Assembly: GCA_035603615.1 (NCBI GenBank)
Contig: DATNKC010000446.1
Coordinates: 1 to 49,249, forward strand
DNA: 49,249 nt
Reading direction: 5' to 3'
DNA from: Steroidobacteraceae bacterium
GTDB taxonomy: Bacteria; Pseudomonadota; Gammaproteobacteria; Steroidobacterales; Steroidobacteraceae
In this document: one piece after another, positions 18,345 through 26,483 of the stretch
Position numbering within the stretch: the first letter of the stretch is position 1
How the letters are laid out: each line of letters begins with the position of its first letter
The notes under the pieces: generated by a model
Database searches by the model: none
What the model was told of the DNA's origin: nothing
What the model saw: the letters and a program-made list of their open reading frames with translations, nothing else
Position numbers and translations under genes: made by a program

Positions 18345-19163
18345 TCAGTAACCCGCCGGCGCATCGGCGGCACGATTGAGAACTGTCCCGACTAGGGGCG
18401 TCTTATGCAACAACTCAACGGTCCGCACGAGATCTTTGCGCCGCGTGCGCCCCTCAGCGGCCACCACCAACCCGCATTCAACCTGCGGAGCAAACGACAG
18501 GGCATCATCGGTTAACAACACCGGCGGCAGATCAATCACCACGATTCGTTCAGGATAGCGTGCGCGTAACTCGCCGACGATCTCGCGGCTGCGTGGACCC
18601 GAGAGAACTTCCGAAGAGTTGCCGAGCGTCGACCGCGCCGGCATGAGAACAAGCCGGTCGAATCCCTCCGGGTGATAAAGGCAGTCTTCAACGCGAGCGC
18701 GCCCCGTCATAGCATCATCTGCACCGAACTCGGGGGCCAGGCCGAGTCGCGCCCCCACATTCGGATGTTTGAAATCCAGGTCCACCAGCAATACGGTGTG
18801 AGATTGGTCACTAGCCAGGCTTATAGCGAGGTTGATAGCAGTCGTCGTCTTGCCATCGCTCGCGCCCGGGCTGAATATCGCAATCGAACGCCAGCCGTGG
18901 GCATCCATTCGCTGCAATACCTGAGTACGCAACATCCGAAATGCGACCGCCGCCGGATCCGTGGACGCCGGATTGATGATCCGGTTGTCTTCGAGAACGC
19001 CGGCAGACGGAGTAAACACGCGAGTCCGTGAATAGACGATGGAGGCTGGCGATCCGTTGGCCGCGGGTACGGCGTCGAATTCGGTCACCGCCGCCGTAGA
19101 TGCAGCCTCATGGTGTACCCGCTCCAATCGCGCCAGATCCAACGCCTTGCGAATTCGATCCAT
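18345..19163 (-). CDS. BY-kinase-like P-loop ATPase (exopolysaccharide/PEP-CTERM locus tyrosine autokinase type)
   Basis: 272 aa. Walker A SPGASDGKTT, A' VLLVDLDFKHP and B IVVIDLPPV. It lies immediately downstream of the chain-length determinant (3-nt gap). Confidence 0.85.
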   Translation of the reverse strand: MDRIRKALDLARLERVHHEAASTAAVTEFDAVPAANGSPASIVYSRTRVFTPSAGVLEDNRIINPASTDPAAVAFRMLRTQVLQRMDAHGWRSIAIFSPGASDGKTTTAINLAISLASDQSHTVLLVDLDFKHPNVGARLGLAPEFGADDAMTGRARVEDCLYHPEGFDRLVLMPARSTLGNSSEVLSGPRSREIVGELRARYPERIVVIDLPPVLLTDDALSFAPQVECGLVVAAEGRTRRKDLVRTVELLHKTPLVGTVLNRAADAPAGY

Positions 19164-19166
19164 GAC

Positions 19167-20924
19167 CTATACGCCAAATCGCCGCAATAAGCTCAGCCAA
19201 ACCACGTCCAAGGGTTTGACGAAGAGATGTAGTGTAAGTGCCGCCAAAGCGACGACCGCAATGCTGCCGCCCCACGAGAACCCGACCAATCTCCTGCGAC
19301 GCACGCGGTCGGCGGCTGTGACGATGATAGGAATTGATGCAAGCGCCGGTACGCGCAGCATGAGATGGATGTCGCCGGGTCCGCGCACTGAAGCGTCGAG
19401 CGAGTCCCTGGCAACGGCCGCGCCGACTCCCGCGACAATGGCAATGAACAGCCCGGCAATTAAAATGAGCATTCGATTGGGCTTAATGGGCTTTTCCGGA
19501 GGTTGCGGCGGTTCGATGAGAGTGAAGCGCTCGCCCTTTTTTTCCGTCTCGAGATTCGCCGACACTTGCGCTTCGGTTTGTTTGGAGAGAATTTCCTGGT
19601 ACTTGGACTGCGCGCTCTCCAGGTCGCGTGCCATCGTTCGATATTGCCGCTCGACTTCCGGCGACTCCGCCATACGCTTCTCATACTGGTCAAGCTTGGC
19701 ATGCAAGTCATCGCGTTTTTTGATGGCATTGACCCGCTCGACGGCGACGGAGTCGAGCTGGCCTTTGACCTGAATGTACACCGGATTGTCCGCATGCGCG
19801 GCTTCCGTGCGTTTGGTTCCAACATCCGCTTCCTTTGCCACAGACTCCTCGAGACTGTCGATGCTGCGCTTCAAGCGCATGACGTCGGGATGATCATCGG
19901 AATACTTGTCTTTCGCCGCCGCCAACTGAGATTTCGCCTCGGAGAGTTGCCGTAATCGCTCCGCCGTCTGGTCTTCCGCCTTGACTTCCTTTTCCAAGCC
20001 GTCGACCTCGCGTTGCGTGCTCATGATATCGGGGTGCCCCGGAGCGTAACGTGCCTTGTAACTTGCGAGCTGGGATTTCAACGTCTTGAGGCGATCCTCA
20101 GGTCCAAACACTCGTTGCCCGCTATCGGTAAATACCTGCGTATTGGGGCTGATCTGCGCAAGCTGCGCCTCGAGAAGCACACGCTGAGAATCCAAGGAAC
20201 TGAGGCGATTTTCCGCATCGCGCAACTCCATCTCGGTCCGCTCCATCGACGTGACATTGAGCTGAGCAAGCTCGGGCAGCTCGTCGTGATGCTTCTCTTT
20301 GAAGGCCGCAAGATCTTTGTCCAACTCGGCGATGCGCGTCGCTTCGCGCGTCGATTGTTCGGTGAAGAACGTCGAGGTCTGCTCAGACAGCTGCGTACGC
20401 GACGTCAGATTTTCACTGAGATATAGCGATGTGAGTTCATTGGCGACCTTCAACGCCAACTCAGGAGAGCGGTTCTGATAGGACACGGCGAAGGCGATCG
20501 TCGCCTGCGTCGGGCGGCCGCTGCGCGGATCAATGACATCGGCGCTGATCATTTGCATGCCGATATCGTTCCTGAATCTCTGCAGCAGCACCTCGCGCGG
20601 CTCTTTCTGGCGGATCTCGGGATACAGGCCATAGCGCTCGATTAAGGACAGGAGGTTTTGCGTCGTCATGACCCGCTGGCTGATCACCTGTACTCGCTGG
20701 TCGGCGAAGGAAGTGATCACCGAACGCACCATGTCTTGCGGAATCTCCTGCTGTTCAATCAGGATGGTGCCCATCGCGCGATACGTTGGGGGCAAAAGGA
20801 GTGCAATGGCCAGCGCGACGACTGCCGCCAAGCCGGCCACGATCACAAAAATCGCGCGCTGACGCCAATACGACAAGAATTTTTCGCGCATATCGATCGA
20901 GACTTTTTCGGTCGGCGTATTCAT
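19167..20924 (-). CDS. Polysaccharide chain-length determinant (Wzz/GumC-like PCP)
   Basis: 585 aa. N-terminal TM segment followed by the PPTYRA motif. A long coiled-coil periplasmic region and C-terminal TM segments. Confidence 0.9.
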   Translation of the reverse strand: MNTPTEKVSIDMREKFLSYWRQRAIFVIVAGLAAVVALAIALLLPPTYRAMGTILIEQQEIPQDMVRSVITSFADQRVQVISQRVMTTQNLLSLIERYGLYPEIRQKEPREVLLQRFRNDIGMQMISADVIDPRSGRPTQATIAFAVSYQNRSPELALKVANELTSLYLSENLTSRTQLSEQTSTFFTEQSTREATRIAELDKDLAAFKEKHHDELPELAQLNVTSMERTEMELRDAENRLSSLDSQRVLLEAQLAQISPNTQVFTDSGQRVFGPEDRLKTLKSQLASYKARYAPGHPDIMSTQREVDGLEKEVKAEDQTAERLRQLSEAKSQLAAAKDKYSDDHPDVMRLKRSIDSLEESVAKEADVGTKRTEAAHADNPVYIQVKGQLDSVAVERVNAIKKRDDLHAKLDQYEKRMAESPEVERQYRTMARDLESAQSKYQEILSKQTEAQVSANLETEKKGERFTLIEPPQPPEKPIKPNRMLILIAGLFIAIVAGVGAAVARDSLDASVRGPGDIHLMLRVPALASIPIIVTAADRVRRRRLVGFSWGGSIAVVALAALTLHLFVKPLDVVWLSLLRRFGV

Positions 20925-20930
20925 GGTTGC

Positions 20931-22148
20931 CTATTGAAATTTCTTCCAGTCGAACTGACGCGACAGTTCGACGCTGACGCCGGTCGAGTCGACTCCGATG
21001 ATTGGCGTAGCGAAGTGTTCGAGCACATACGATACGTTGACGCTCGCTGTCCAATGCTCGGTCCATTGCCAGGTCCCGAATACCCTTAGAGTACTGATGT
21101 CGAGATCAACGATGGGGCCGGTTCGTTGCGGCTGTTGATAGTTGACTCGGTGCACGTCCCCTCCAAAGGTCCAACGCTCCGAAGGGGTGTAGTTCGCTTT
21201 CAACCCATAGCTGTCTTGGCGCGAGAGAAACACGAAGCCCGTAGGGGTGAGCTGCCGCGACGCATCGGCAGCCAGCAGCAGCAGCTCTGTTTGACGGGCC
21301 AGACTTACGGAAAAGACACTGCCGTTTTGACTGGACTTCACGGCAATCGGCACCGATACGATGGCAATGCCGCTCCCGGTGAATTCGAGAAACTGCTCGT
21401 TGGTGTTGAGTTCATTGTTTGCCCGCGAGTATCCTCCGCTCGCGGACAGGGACCAGATTTCAGTCAGTTTTTTGGTAAAGCCCAGCTGCAGATTGGCGTT
21501 GCTGCTTTCCGTGGTCCCGTCGAGAGATTTGTACCGGCCGGCGCTGGCTGTCGCCGTAATCTTGGTTCGCTCGGACTCGTCCCAGGTGAGACCCGGCGTG
21601 ACGCTGGTGTACTTGTAGTCTGTGAGCGTGCCGACGCCTTGCGGTGCACCGTAGCGCACTCTGCTCGTACTGATATCCGTGTTGAACTCCAACCGTTCCG
21701 TCAGATGCCGGTCCCAATTCAGCTCCGCTGTTGCCGTGTCGCGCCGCACGCCGGCGGCACCGTCCAATATATAGTCGTGATAGAGGCTTGAATCACGCGC
21801 CAAACCCGCGCTGAGGATCAGCGCACTGCGCGCCGTATCGAATTCACTGCTGACGTTTAGATGCGCATAGTCGGAGTCCAGGGACGAATAGCCTTGGGTA
21901 TCGCTGAGACGAAAGCTTGGAAGGACCGAAAACTTGAACGCGTCGCCGTTGTACGTAGTGGGCCCGTCCAGCAGCAGGGCCGCATGGCTCTCGGCAGTGT
22001 TCGGGAGATTGAGCAATCCGGGGTTTGTGGAATAGTCGCCTGAGACGCCCACCGTCGGCTGTGAGCCCCATACGCCCGCCGATGAGGGCTTAGCAATAGA
22101 CATGGCCGCTGCCAGCACGCAGAACGGCGCCACCCGGCTTGGGGTCAT
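20931..22148 (-). CDS. Outer-membrane beta-barrel protein paired with the OPX exporter
   Basis: 405 aa. Signal peptide, then alternating amphipathic beta-strand pattern rich in Y, T, S and G. The ATG overlaps the OPX stop (ATGA). Confidence 0.75.
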   Translation of the reverse strand: MTPSRVAPFCVLAAAMSIAKPSSAGVWGSQPTVGVSGDYSTNPGLLNLPNTAESHAALLLDGPTTYNGDAFKFSVLPSFRLSDTQGYSSLDSDYAHLNVSSEFDTARSALILSAGLARDSSLYHDYILDGAAGVRRDTATAELNWDRHLTERLEFNTDISTSRVRYGAPQGVGTLTDYKYTSVTPGLTWDESERTKITATASAGRYKSLDGTTESSNANLQLGFTKKLTEIWSLSASGGYSRANNELNTNEQFLEFTGSGIAIVSVPIAVKSSQNGSVFSVSLARQTELLLLAADASRQLTPTGFVFLSRQDSYGLKANYTPSERWTFGGDVHRVNYQQPQRTGPIVDLDISTLRVFGTWQWTEHWTASVNVSYVLEHFATPIIGVDSTGVSVELSRQFDWKKFQ

Positions 22149-22726
22149 GGCACGACAACCGTGTCACCATTCCTCAAGAGGATATTTTGAGACAACCTGC
22201 GCCCATGCTCGATATCACCGTAGCGGAAAGGAATCGAAATTTCGCGATCCCCTTCGCGCCGCAAAATGCGGATGGCATTGGTGTTTGCGAATGGCGTCGA
22301 GCCCCCCGCGAGGGTCAGCGCCTGCACTACATCGATCGGCCCAATGAGAGGAAAGTCGCCGGGACGGGTTACCTTGCCAATGACGTAAATTCGATTGCCG
22401 CCGGCCGCCTTCACGCTCACGGTCACGACCGCGTCCGGTATGAATTTGCGAATTTTCGTTTCGAGCATCGAGGTAAGCTCCGCGACGGTATGCCCCGCGG
22501 CCGGCAATTCCCCCGCCAGGGCAAACGATATGCCGCCGTCGGGGCGCACCAGCACCTCGCCCTGTAAATCAGTTTCCTTCCAAACCGATATCACCAGCAT
22601 ATCCCCAGCGCGCAATTTGTAGCCATCCGGGGATACGGCCGCAGGTTCATCGGCCGCGAAGGCCAGTCCGCAGAAGACGAACAGAACTACAGCCAGACAA
22701 CTGAGCAGACTACGTGGCGATACCAC
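22145..22726 (-). CDS. Short outer-membrane polysaccharide export (OPX/Wza-like) protein
   Basis: 193 aa with a GTG start and a signal peptide. Poly_export/PES region YKLRAGDMLVISVW...GEVLVRPDGGISFALAGELPAAGHTVAEL plus one SLBB-like domain. There is no C-terminal amphipathic helix. Confidence 0.9.
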   Translation of the reverse strand: MVSPRSLLSCLAVVLFVFCGLAFAADEPAAVSPDGYKLRAGDMLVISVWKETDLQGEVLVRPDGGISFALAGELPAAGHTVAELTSMLETKIRKFIPDAVVTVSVKAAGGNRIYVIGKVTRPGDFPLIGPIDVVQALTLAGGSTPFANTNAIRILRREGDREISIPFRYGDIEHGRRLSQNILLRNGDTVVVP

Positions 22727-22820
22727 AATCCTTCACGCCTTACAGCCCTTCAAGGAACGAGAAGTCTAGGCACGGGATATGTGAGTTTCATTGCAACAAA
22801 CTACATTTCGGCGGTCGGCG

Positions 22821-23309
22821 TCATGCAATTGTCGGCACTTTGTCATCGAAACGACCTCGATACCGCATACCGAACAGTAAACCCAAGCCCGACAGCAGCA
22901 GGATCAGGGTGCCGGGCAGGGGAACGGGAGTACCGGTGGGCTGAAAGTTCAGTTTTATACCGTAGACACCGACGCCGAATATGCCGGCGGCGTCCCCGTA
23001 CCAATGCGCGTAGACCATGCCCGGCCCGACGCTCATCGATTCGGTGCCCGCGCCCATCGACGCTCCCACGGTACCCGAGGCCGTGGTCAGGAAGAAATTG
23101 AGATTGCTGATGGTGTCCAACCATGGAATATCCGAGAGACTGACCGTGAGCGTGCCGGCAGTCGTTATGTCGAAGGACTGGACGAAGGACTGTTGGCCCT
23201 GAATGAAGCCGGAGCTGTCGTAGAGCACCGTGTCCGCGGAGGCGGAACCGAACGGCAAAGCCCACGCGACCATCCCTGCGAGTGCGATAATCAATTGTCG
23301 GATGTGCAC
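22821..23309 (-). CDS. PEP-CTERM sorting-domain protein
   Basis: 162 aa with a GTG start, AAGGGGA RBS and a signal peptide. The C-terminus TPVPLPGTLILLLSGLGLLFGMRYRGR has the (V)P(L/E)P motif, a TM helix and a basic cluster. Confidence 0.85.
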   Translation of the reverse strand: MHIRQLIIALAGMVAWALPFGSASADTVLYDSSGFIQGQQSFVQSFDITTAGTLTVSLSDIPWLDTISNLNFFLTTASGTVGASMGAGTESMSVGPGMVYAHWYGDAAGIFGVGVYGIKLNFQPTGTPVPLPGTLILLLSGLGLLFGMRYRGRFDDKVPTIA

Positions 23310-23345
23310 GATTTTCCCCTTCTCTCGATCAAATGAGCTAAATCG

Positions 23346-23897
23346 CTAAGCCGGGTGCCGAGCATGCACTCGGGCGGCTTCGTCGATCGGTACAACGTTG
23401 TCTTGGCCGGTGCTGAACCCATCAGTCCGGTTCTCTGAATTTCGATATACATACTTGTCATACAGATAGCGCCGCAAAGAATGCGTCTGTTCTGACGATT
23501 CGCCGTCGGCCGCCGGGCGCCCATCCTTGATGCGCATGAGCAAGTATTCGTCGCGCAAGCCGCTCATCGCGAGCAGCGCCACATCGTCGCGGTCGACCTG
23601 CCTGCCCTCTTCGGCCTTGTCGTTGATGATGCTTTCCAGTCGGAACGCATCCAGCTCGAAATAGCGGATCAGTTCGTCGCCCGATTCAACCAGTACCGGC
23701 ACGAGATTTCGTCCGCGGATTCCGTGATCGCACAGCGGCGCGATTCGCCCCAAAGTCGATTTGATCGCGAACCGAATGATGTCCGAATCCCTTACTCCGA
23801 GCCGCTTTGCGATGCGCTTGATGTTCCGGATATCGCTGTCGCCCAAACGAATCGACACGGCTTGTTTACGTTGATCAACCACGATGTCTCCGTTCAT
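23346..23897 (-). CDS. Hypothetical protein with an N-terminal ribbon-helix-helix-like segment (possible locus regulator)
   Basis: The internal ATG at 23897 (MNGDIVVDQRKQAVSIRLGDSDIRNIKRIAKRLGVRDSDIIRFAIKSTL...) is preferred, because the upstream 71 codons of the track ORF look non-coding. The strand-helix-helix pattern resembles CopG/RHH. It lies 36 nt upstream of the PEP-CTERM gene. Confidence 0.6.
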   Translation of the reverse strand: MNGDIVVDQRKQAVSIRLGDSDIRNIKRIAKRLGVRDSDIIRFAIKSTLGRIAPLCDHGIRGRNLVPVLVESGDELIRYFELDAFRLESIINDKAEEGRQVDRDDVALLAMSGLRDEYLLMRIKDGRPAADGESSEQTHSLRRYLYDKYVYRNSENRTDGFSTGQDNVVPIDEAARVHARHPA

Positions 23898-24151
23898 CAG
23901 ATGGATGTAAGACCCAACACTGAGGATCGTAGGTGAAAAGTGTGTCGTGAGAATGGCACTTACATGACGAATTTGACCTGTTATGTAATCAATCGTTGGG
24001 CCTGTGCATACGCGGAGTAAGCACTTCAAGGTTGTGGATTCGGCCGAGGCACTCGAAAGCCATGAGCGCGCAGTCGCTGCGCAGCCGTCGCACGCGACTG
24101 CCCGCAGCAATCCCGGTGGATGCGCTTTAAGCGAGTTTGGGTCGAGTCAGC

Positions 24152-26401
24152 CTATACCGAGATCTGGCTGCGCGGCGAAAGCTGCCGGGAAGCCGCGGCC
24201 TTCTCGGCACGAGCCACGGCGCTCGCGTCGGTCAGGTGCATGAGCGGTCCGACGAACGGTGCATAGTTGCGCCACCGCTCCACTGAAGTTTTGCTGATTT
24301 TCTGCCGAACCTGCCACTTGCTGAAGGTGCTGACTCGGCGGTTCGTCTGGTGAAAATCGATGCACGCCGGATCCCAAGGCAGCCCGACGAAATCCAGCAT
24401 TTTTCGGCTCCACGTTTCCTGATCGGCCACCAGCGCCTCGTAGGGAACTTCGAGAATCGCGCTTGGCGGCAGGATGGAACGCCAATGTTGCATGAGCAGC
24501 TGGTACTCATGGTGATAGTGAGCCAGATCCTCCAGATCGTTCGCGTAGGAGTGAGCGACATGGAAATTCTGAAAGTAGATCGACAGGCAGGTATCGATGG
24601 GATTGCGGCGCATGTGGATGAATCGTGCGTTCGGCAGCGCCGCATGAATCATGCCCAAATGCGCGAAATTCGCGGGCATTTTGTCGACCACTCGAGACGC
24701 GTCCAGTGATAGCCCGGTAAGCAGCTGTAAATATTCATCCGCGAGCTTCGCCAGGACGCTTCCGTCAAAGCCGCTTTCCAATGCCGCGGATCCGACCTGG
24801 AGCGATGCGGTCTTCCAAAAGGATAATTCGCCGGCCCCGAACACCGCGGGATGCGAAGCCAGTATCTGCTCGGCCAGCGAAGTGCCGGAGCGCGGCATGC
24901 CGACGATAAAAATCGGGCGCGACGAGCTATTTGACGTTACTTTGGCTCGGTCGAGCCACTCGCGGTCATAGAGCCGGGTGGTGAACTCGAACGTCCGCGC
25001 CAGATGTTGCCGGTCGTGCGGGGGGCTGTAGGCCTTCGCAATTTCGTTGGCGCGCCGGTAACTTACGAAAGCCTGCTCGTAATCTTGGACATCGTCGAAG
25101 AATTTGCCCATGGCGTAGCGCAAATGTGCTTCGTCCCGGGGCCGCAATGGCCGCTGCGCTATGCGCTGAGCTTCTTTGATCCAGGCGGAATCGTCGCTGG
25201 TCATTTTCCGCAACGCAGCCAGGCCGGCCCACGCCTGGGCCGATTCGGGGTGGCCCGCATAGGCCTTTTTGTATAGATTCTCGGCCTCTGCAAATTGCCC
25301 TCTATCGGCATACAACTCCGCGAGCGAAGTGATGGTCGGCGCGGCGCCGGGATCAATGCTGAGCGCCCGGCGCAGACTCGCCTCGGCCTCGTCCGCGCGG
25401 CCTTGCAACCTTTGCACGACTCCCAAGTTGGTCAGGATTTCTGAGGAATCGGCGCGGATTGCCAATGCGCGCCGGTAGCTCGCCTCGGCCTCGTCCAGTT
25501 TTGCGAGTTCACGAAATGCGCTGCCCAAGTTACTGTGGGCCTTTGCGAAGTCGGGCTCGAGTTCAAGCGCGCGCGAGTAGCTCGCCACGGCCTCCTCAAT
25601 CCGCCCCAGATCGAGCAGCGCGTTTCCTAGATTGTTGTGCAACTTGGCGTAATCCGGTCTGATTGCCACGGCGCACCGGTAGCTCGCCGCGGCTTCCTCG
25701 AGTCGTCCCGAATCTCGCAAGGCATTGCCCAGGTTATTGTGCGCTTCCACGGAATCCGGCCGAAAATGCAAAACGCGGCGGTAGCTCCACGCCGCCTCGT
25801 CGAGCCGTCCGAGAGCCAACAAGGTATCGCCCAAATTCATGTGCGCCATCGCAAAATCAGGCTTGATGGAAATCGCCTGGCGATAGCTCGCCACGGCATG
25901 ATCCGGACGCTTCGAGTCGCGCAGCGCGCTGCCTAGGTTGTTGTGCGCTTCTGCATAGTCAGGCTTCAGCGCAATGGCGCGCCGATGGCACGACACGGCC
26001 TCGTCCAGGCGGCCACGCGCCCGCAAGACGTTTCCCAGATTCGTTTGCGACTCCGGATCACGCGACAGTAGTTTTGCCGCAGTTTCCAGCGCCGCCAAAG
26101 CGTCTTTACCCTGATTGAAGAGCGCCGCTCCCAACAGCTTCCACAGGATTCCGAAGTCTTTGTGCCGCGCGAGCAACCCGAGCGCGTCTCTCTCCAGTTC
26201 GGGATTTCGACCTGCTGCGAGCAGCGCGAACAACGGAGTTAAATCCGGCGCCGCGGCGGCGGGGATCCGCGTAATATCTTGTGTGTCGCTGCCCCGCGCC
26301 TCGACTGCGTGCTGCGCACAGCACTTCTTGTATTTCTTACCGCTGCCGCAGAGGCAAGGGTCGTTTCTTCCAGGCGTCAAGGTGGTTTCCCGCGATGGCA
26401 T
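24152..26401 (-). CDS. SEC-C motif / TPR-repeat / sulfotransferase fusion protein
   Basis: 749 aa. N-terminal CLCGSGKKYKKCC (SEC-C metal-binding motif). About 9 TPR units (repeated ...AHNNLGNAL...GRLEEA..SYRRA). C-terminal sulfotransferase with the PAPS 5'-PSB loop IVGMPRSGTSL. No signal peptide. Confidence 0.9.
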   Translation of the reverse strand: MPSRETTLTPGRNDPCLCGSGKKYKKCCAQHAVEARGSDTQDITRIPAAAAPDLTPLFALLAAGRNPELERDALGLLARHKDFGILWKLLGAALFNQGKDALAALETAAKLLSRDPESQTNLGNVLRARGRLDEAVSCHRRAIALKPDYAEAHNNLGSALRDSKRPDHAVASYRQAISIKPDFAMAHMNLGDTLLALGRLDEAAWSYRRVLHFRPDSVEAHNNLGNALRDSGRLEEAAASYRCAVAIRPDYAKLHNNLGNALLDLGRIEEAVASYSRALELEPDFAKAHSNLGSAFRELAKLDEAEASYRRALAIRADSSEILTNLGVVQRLQGRADEAEASLRRALSIDPGAAPTITSLAELYADRGQFAEAENLYKKAYAGHPESAQAWAGLAALRKMTSDDSAWIKEAQRIAQRPLRPRDEAHLRYAMGKFFDDVQDYEQAFVSYRRANEIAKAYSPPHDRQHLARTFEFTTRLYDREWLDRAKVTSNSSSRPIFIVGMPRSGTSLAEQILASHPAVFGAGELSFWKTASLQVGSAALESGFDGSVLAKLADEYLQLLTGLSLDASRVVDKMPANFAHLGMIHAALPNARFIHMRRNPIDTCLSIYFQNFHVAHSYANDLEDLAHYHHEYQLLMQHWRSILPPSAILEVPYEALVADQETWSRKMLDFVGLPWDPACIDFHQTNRRVSTFSKWQVRQKISKTSVERWRNYAPFVGPLMHLTDASAVARAEKAAASRQLSPRSQISV

Positions 26402-26483
26402 CGATCGCTAGAGTCAATCCCGCGCGCGCGAGTTTGCCAGCCGCGCGGTGACAACTTTGTGACAGGCGGCTTCGAACGAGCCC

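Noticed and set aside
22727-24151. Search for sigma-54 (TGGCAC-N5-TTGC) promoters upstream of the export operon, the first PEP-CTERM gene and the RHH-like gene
   Set aside because: I found only off-spacing or wrong-strand partial matches. TGGCACTTACATGAC at 23954-23968 is on the + strand. ATGGCTTTCGAGTGCC on the - strand has GG-N9-GC spacing. Neither is reportable.
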